Source: Utricularia gibba
Lineage: Eukaryota > Plantae > Magnoliophyta
Assembly: GCA_002189035.1 (NCBI GenBank)
Contig: CM007989.1
Coordinates: 5,456,001-5,520,000, forward strand
DNA: 64,000 nucleotides
Direction: 5' to 3'
Part shown: positions 63,254-64,000 of the stretch, in pieces
Numbering within the stretch: the stretch's first letter is position 1
How the letters are laid out: each line of letters starts with the position of its first letter
Program-made: the position numbers and the translations under genes
Notes under the pieces: model-generated
Told to the model about the DNA's origin: nothing
Database searches by the model: none
What the model saw: only the letters and a program-made list of their open reading frames with translations

Positions 63254-64000
63254 ATGCCGAGACTGGATGTTGCAGGCATTAGACCAAAAAAACAAATGGA
63301 TGTTATTCAAGACAATCTAACGCCACACCAACTGTGTATACAGCAACACACCTCCTTTTCCAACTGCGTCCCATTTGCTTCAAAACAAATAAAAAAGCCC
63401 AACTGGGAGGAGGCCAAAGTAGATGTTCATCAGCATGCTTGCTTTTTATTCACCAAATTGCTTTGCAAGTGGTTGGCATCTAGATGAATGATTTAGTCCA
63501 TCTTAGAATTTAGTAATGATTTTTCTAGTGAGAAGTAACAAAGCGCAATTTTTTAGCTAAAATGAATGGACACAGACTTAGGGGGCAGGTTGCTGCAAGG
63601 ATGAAGCATCAACATCCAAAATAGAAGATGGAAGATAGAATTTCAAAGAATAGAAATGGGCCTACAACTCAAAAGATGAAAAAAAAGAAGATATATAGTA
63701 CACACAAAAACAAGCTAGAGGAGGAAGAATAAAAATTTGAAAATATTTTTGCAATTCTCCCAAGAAAAAGCAAAAAAGAAGGGGATCTATACAAGAAGGG
63801 CATGCGGGGTTAAAAAAAAAAGACAAGATCATCACACAAAGTAGAAGATGAAGAGGAAGCAACTCCATTCCAATTGATGATTGAGGGAGACATTTCAGTA
63901 ACTATTCCTATTTAGGAACAATGTTGCAGCATCTGAAATTGAGTAGTTTATATTTTCAAGATTTGAGCATTTTTTATCCTCTCATTGTTTCATTTTCGAA

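Noticed and set aside
63560-64000. Possible last mini-exon of a minus-strand gene entering from outside the window
   Set aside because: Rests only on a TTGCAG acceptor followed by 4 codons and a stop; needs the adjacent window.
1-64000. tRNA, rRNA, CRISPR arrays, organellar DNA insertions
   Set aside because: No T-loop or cloverleaf, rRNA, repeat-spacer or organelle-genome signatures seen. TOM20 and RPL27 are intron-containing nuclear genes.

Overview
Flowering-plant nuclear DNA: AT-rich intergenic space and compact genes with mostly ~80-100 nt GT-AG introns. The species cannot be determined from the sequence. I can build nine spliced protein-coding models by hand: a pollen Ole e 1-family protein, a membrane-anchored kelch-repeat protein (At3g27220-like), a CAX cation/H+ exchanger, a STRUBBELIG-family (SRF6/7-like) LRR receptor kinase, TOM20, plastid ribosomal protein L27, NTF2, and a head-to-head pair of DUF3339 small membrane proteins. 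Between the gene islands is a layered transposon record. It includes a boundary-complete MULE (631-4406, 9-bp TSD), a decayed hAT transposase, five fragments of one Athila-like LTR family, a full-length but dead Ty1/copia (LTRs about 10% diverged, TSD AGAAA), a young PIF/Harbinger deletion derivative with an intact fused ORF, a Tourist MITE, and two related solo LTRs with perfect TSDs. I found no tRNA, rRNA or CRISPR array. Most of the supplied ORF track is spurious or intron read-through. I cannot confirm a wholly new biological system. The best leads are the divergent DUF3339 pair in what looks like an anciently conserved gene neighbourhood, a possible decayed CLE/CLV3-like peptide locus, the Harbinger mini-ORF, and a perfect 56-bp palindrome inside the copia integrase.
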